This document shows, in pieces, positions 62,705 through 64,000 of a stretch of DNA of 64,000 bases. The notes below the pieces were generated by a model, which was not told the DNA's origin, searched no databases, and saw only the letters and a list, made by a program, of their open reading frames with translations. Position 1 is the first letter of the stretch. The number at the start of each line of letters is the position of its first letter. Position numbers and translations under genes: made by a program. The DNA is taken from the NCBI RefSeq assembly GCF_006345805.1, contig NC_043000.1, forward strand, positions 137,020,001 to 137,084,000, given 5' to 3'. This DNA comes from Octopus sinensis. Taxonomy: Eukaryota.

Positions 62705-62870
62705 ATTTTTTTTCTCTCCTTGTTTTTTTCTGTGTATCTTTCTGCCGAATAGCGTAAGCTCAAAACGTAAAAGACTTTTTCTATTCCTGAGCCCTATACT
62801 AATACATTTGTTTGTTTGTACTCCACTTGCCTTTGTCTTTTGTTTATTTTCGTAAACTTTCCCTTTACAT
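62705..62870 (+). mobile_element. Probable Penelope-like terminal-repeat relic with a decayed minimal hammerhead
   Basis: TCTTT-CTGCCGA-AT-AGC-GTAA-GCT-C-AAAA-C-GTA-AAAGA has the layout of PLE minimal hammerheads. Confidence 0.5.
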
Positions 62871-64000
62871 ATAGCAAGGTTAGTATGGGCAGAAAGTGTT
62901 TCTATGTTAAAGATGTGTATATTATACTTCAAAGAAATTTTATCAATATTTGGTATTGTGTTTAAATCCTGTCTAGTTCAACTTTGCCTTTCAACCATGC
63001 AAGGTTGATACAATGCATAATCAAGTATCTTAATCAATATAATCAGCTATATTCTCCTCCAATTGAAATTACAAGGCATTGTTCAACCCACCTCTTTAGT
63101 TAAAGACAACTACTAGTGGTGCCTTGCATAGGAATTAAATCTTGGGCCACATTGTTATACTGCAAACTTTTTAACCATTTGACTGTGCCTGAAATATCCA
63201 ATTATTGAAGCCATCTTTCATTATTATCATGCTAGCTATAATTGAATAACAAAATATCCAAATATTATAGTTTAGAGAAACAGAAAATCAAAATCAAATG
63301 AAAATAAGGTAAACCTCATAAATGATTATATTTAAATCAATTCAATATATTAAACTGCTTTTCATGATCTTGATATTCTGGCATTTTATTTGAACTCGAG
63401 ACTGTTTACTGTTCAGTCCAATTGCTGTGACATCACCTTCTAGTGAGACAGTTTTTATTTAGAGCCTAGTTCAGTAGTGATCTGTCAGAAATATTGATAG
63501 AACTTTTGAATGGAGAGGCTGTTATGGTTTTAGCTATTGATCATGATTTTGTAGACAATGAATGTCATTGATATAAATAATGTAATATGATGTGCAGAGA
63601 AGGGAAAGTGTATTTTATCAGTGTTTTCACAGCAGAAACAATATAGCATAGAGAAGATAACATACCATCTTTACATTGATTACTAATTGTGTACATGGGT
63701 AGTGGTTTAGATCATAGAATGCTATTGATCAATATTTTGAAGTCCTACATTGAAATCAGAAGTTTAAACATTCCATATTGGAACAATTCTGATCAGAAAT
63801 GGAATATTTAAAACCATATTTACATTGTTTTTGATACCTTGTATATTTGTTATATAGCTGTTATTATATTTTCATTAACCTAGACTGTCTTTTATAATAA
63901 ATGAGCCAATATTCTAACCTTTATTACTGTAATTCCTGTAATTCATATTTTTATATTCTCATTCATATTTCAAATGAAGTTGTGGCATCATAACTTTCTG

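Overview
AT-rich eukaryotic non-coding DNA, very likely an intron or intergenic stretch of an Octopus (cephalopod) genome. The assignment rests on my recognition of the SINE/LINE repeat families, not on a database search. I found no identifiable host gene, rRNA, tRNA gene or CRISPR array; nearly all ORF-track entries are artefacts of microsatellites and repeats. The window is a mosaic of tRNA-derived SINEs (at least three families), 5'-truncated RTE 3' ends with a (GAT)n tail, decayed RT fragments (RTE, CR1, Penelope-like, HERO-like, R4/Dong-like), two short Helitrons, and piggyBac-, pogo- and mariner-type MITEs. Most notable: a young RTE insertion with a 13-bp TSD and a twin-priming-type 5' inversion (2563-3030); two hammerhead-ribozyme-like motifs (13288-13422, 62737-62774); a near-perfect 36-bp hairpin with a UAG A-C mismatch next to a 252-bp tandem duplication (56515-57134); a strong AG|GT recursive-splice-like site with a 47-nt exon candidate (55064-55110); and a variable-copy ~61-bp structured repeat in an RTE 3' UTR. 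All family assignments come from by-eye comparison with remembered consensus motifs, and boundaries marked with ~ are approximate.
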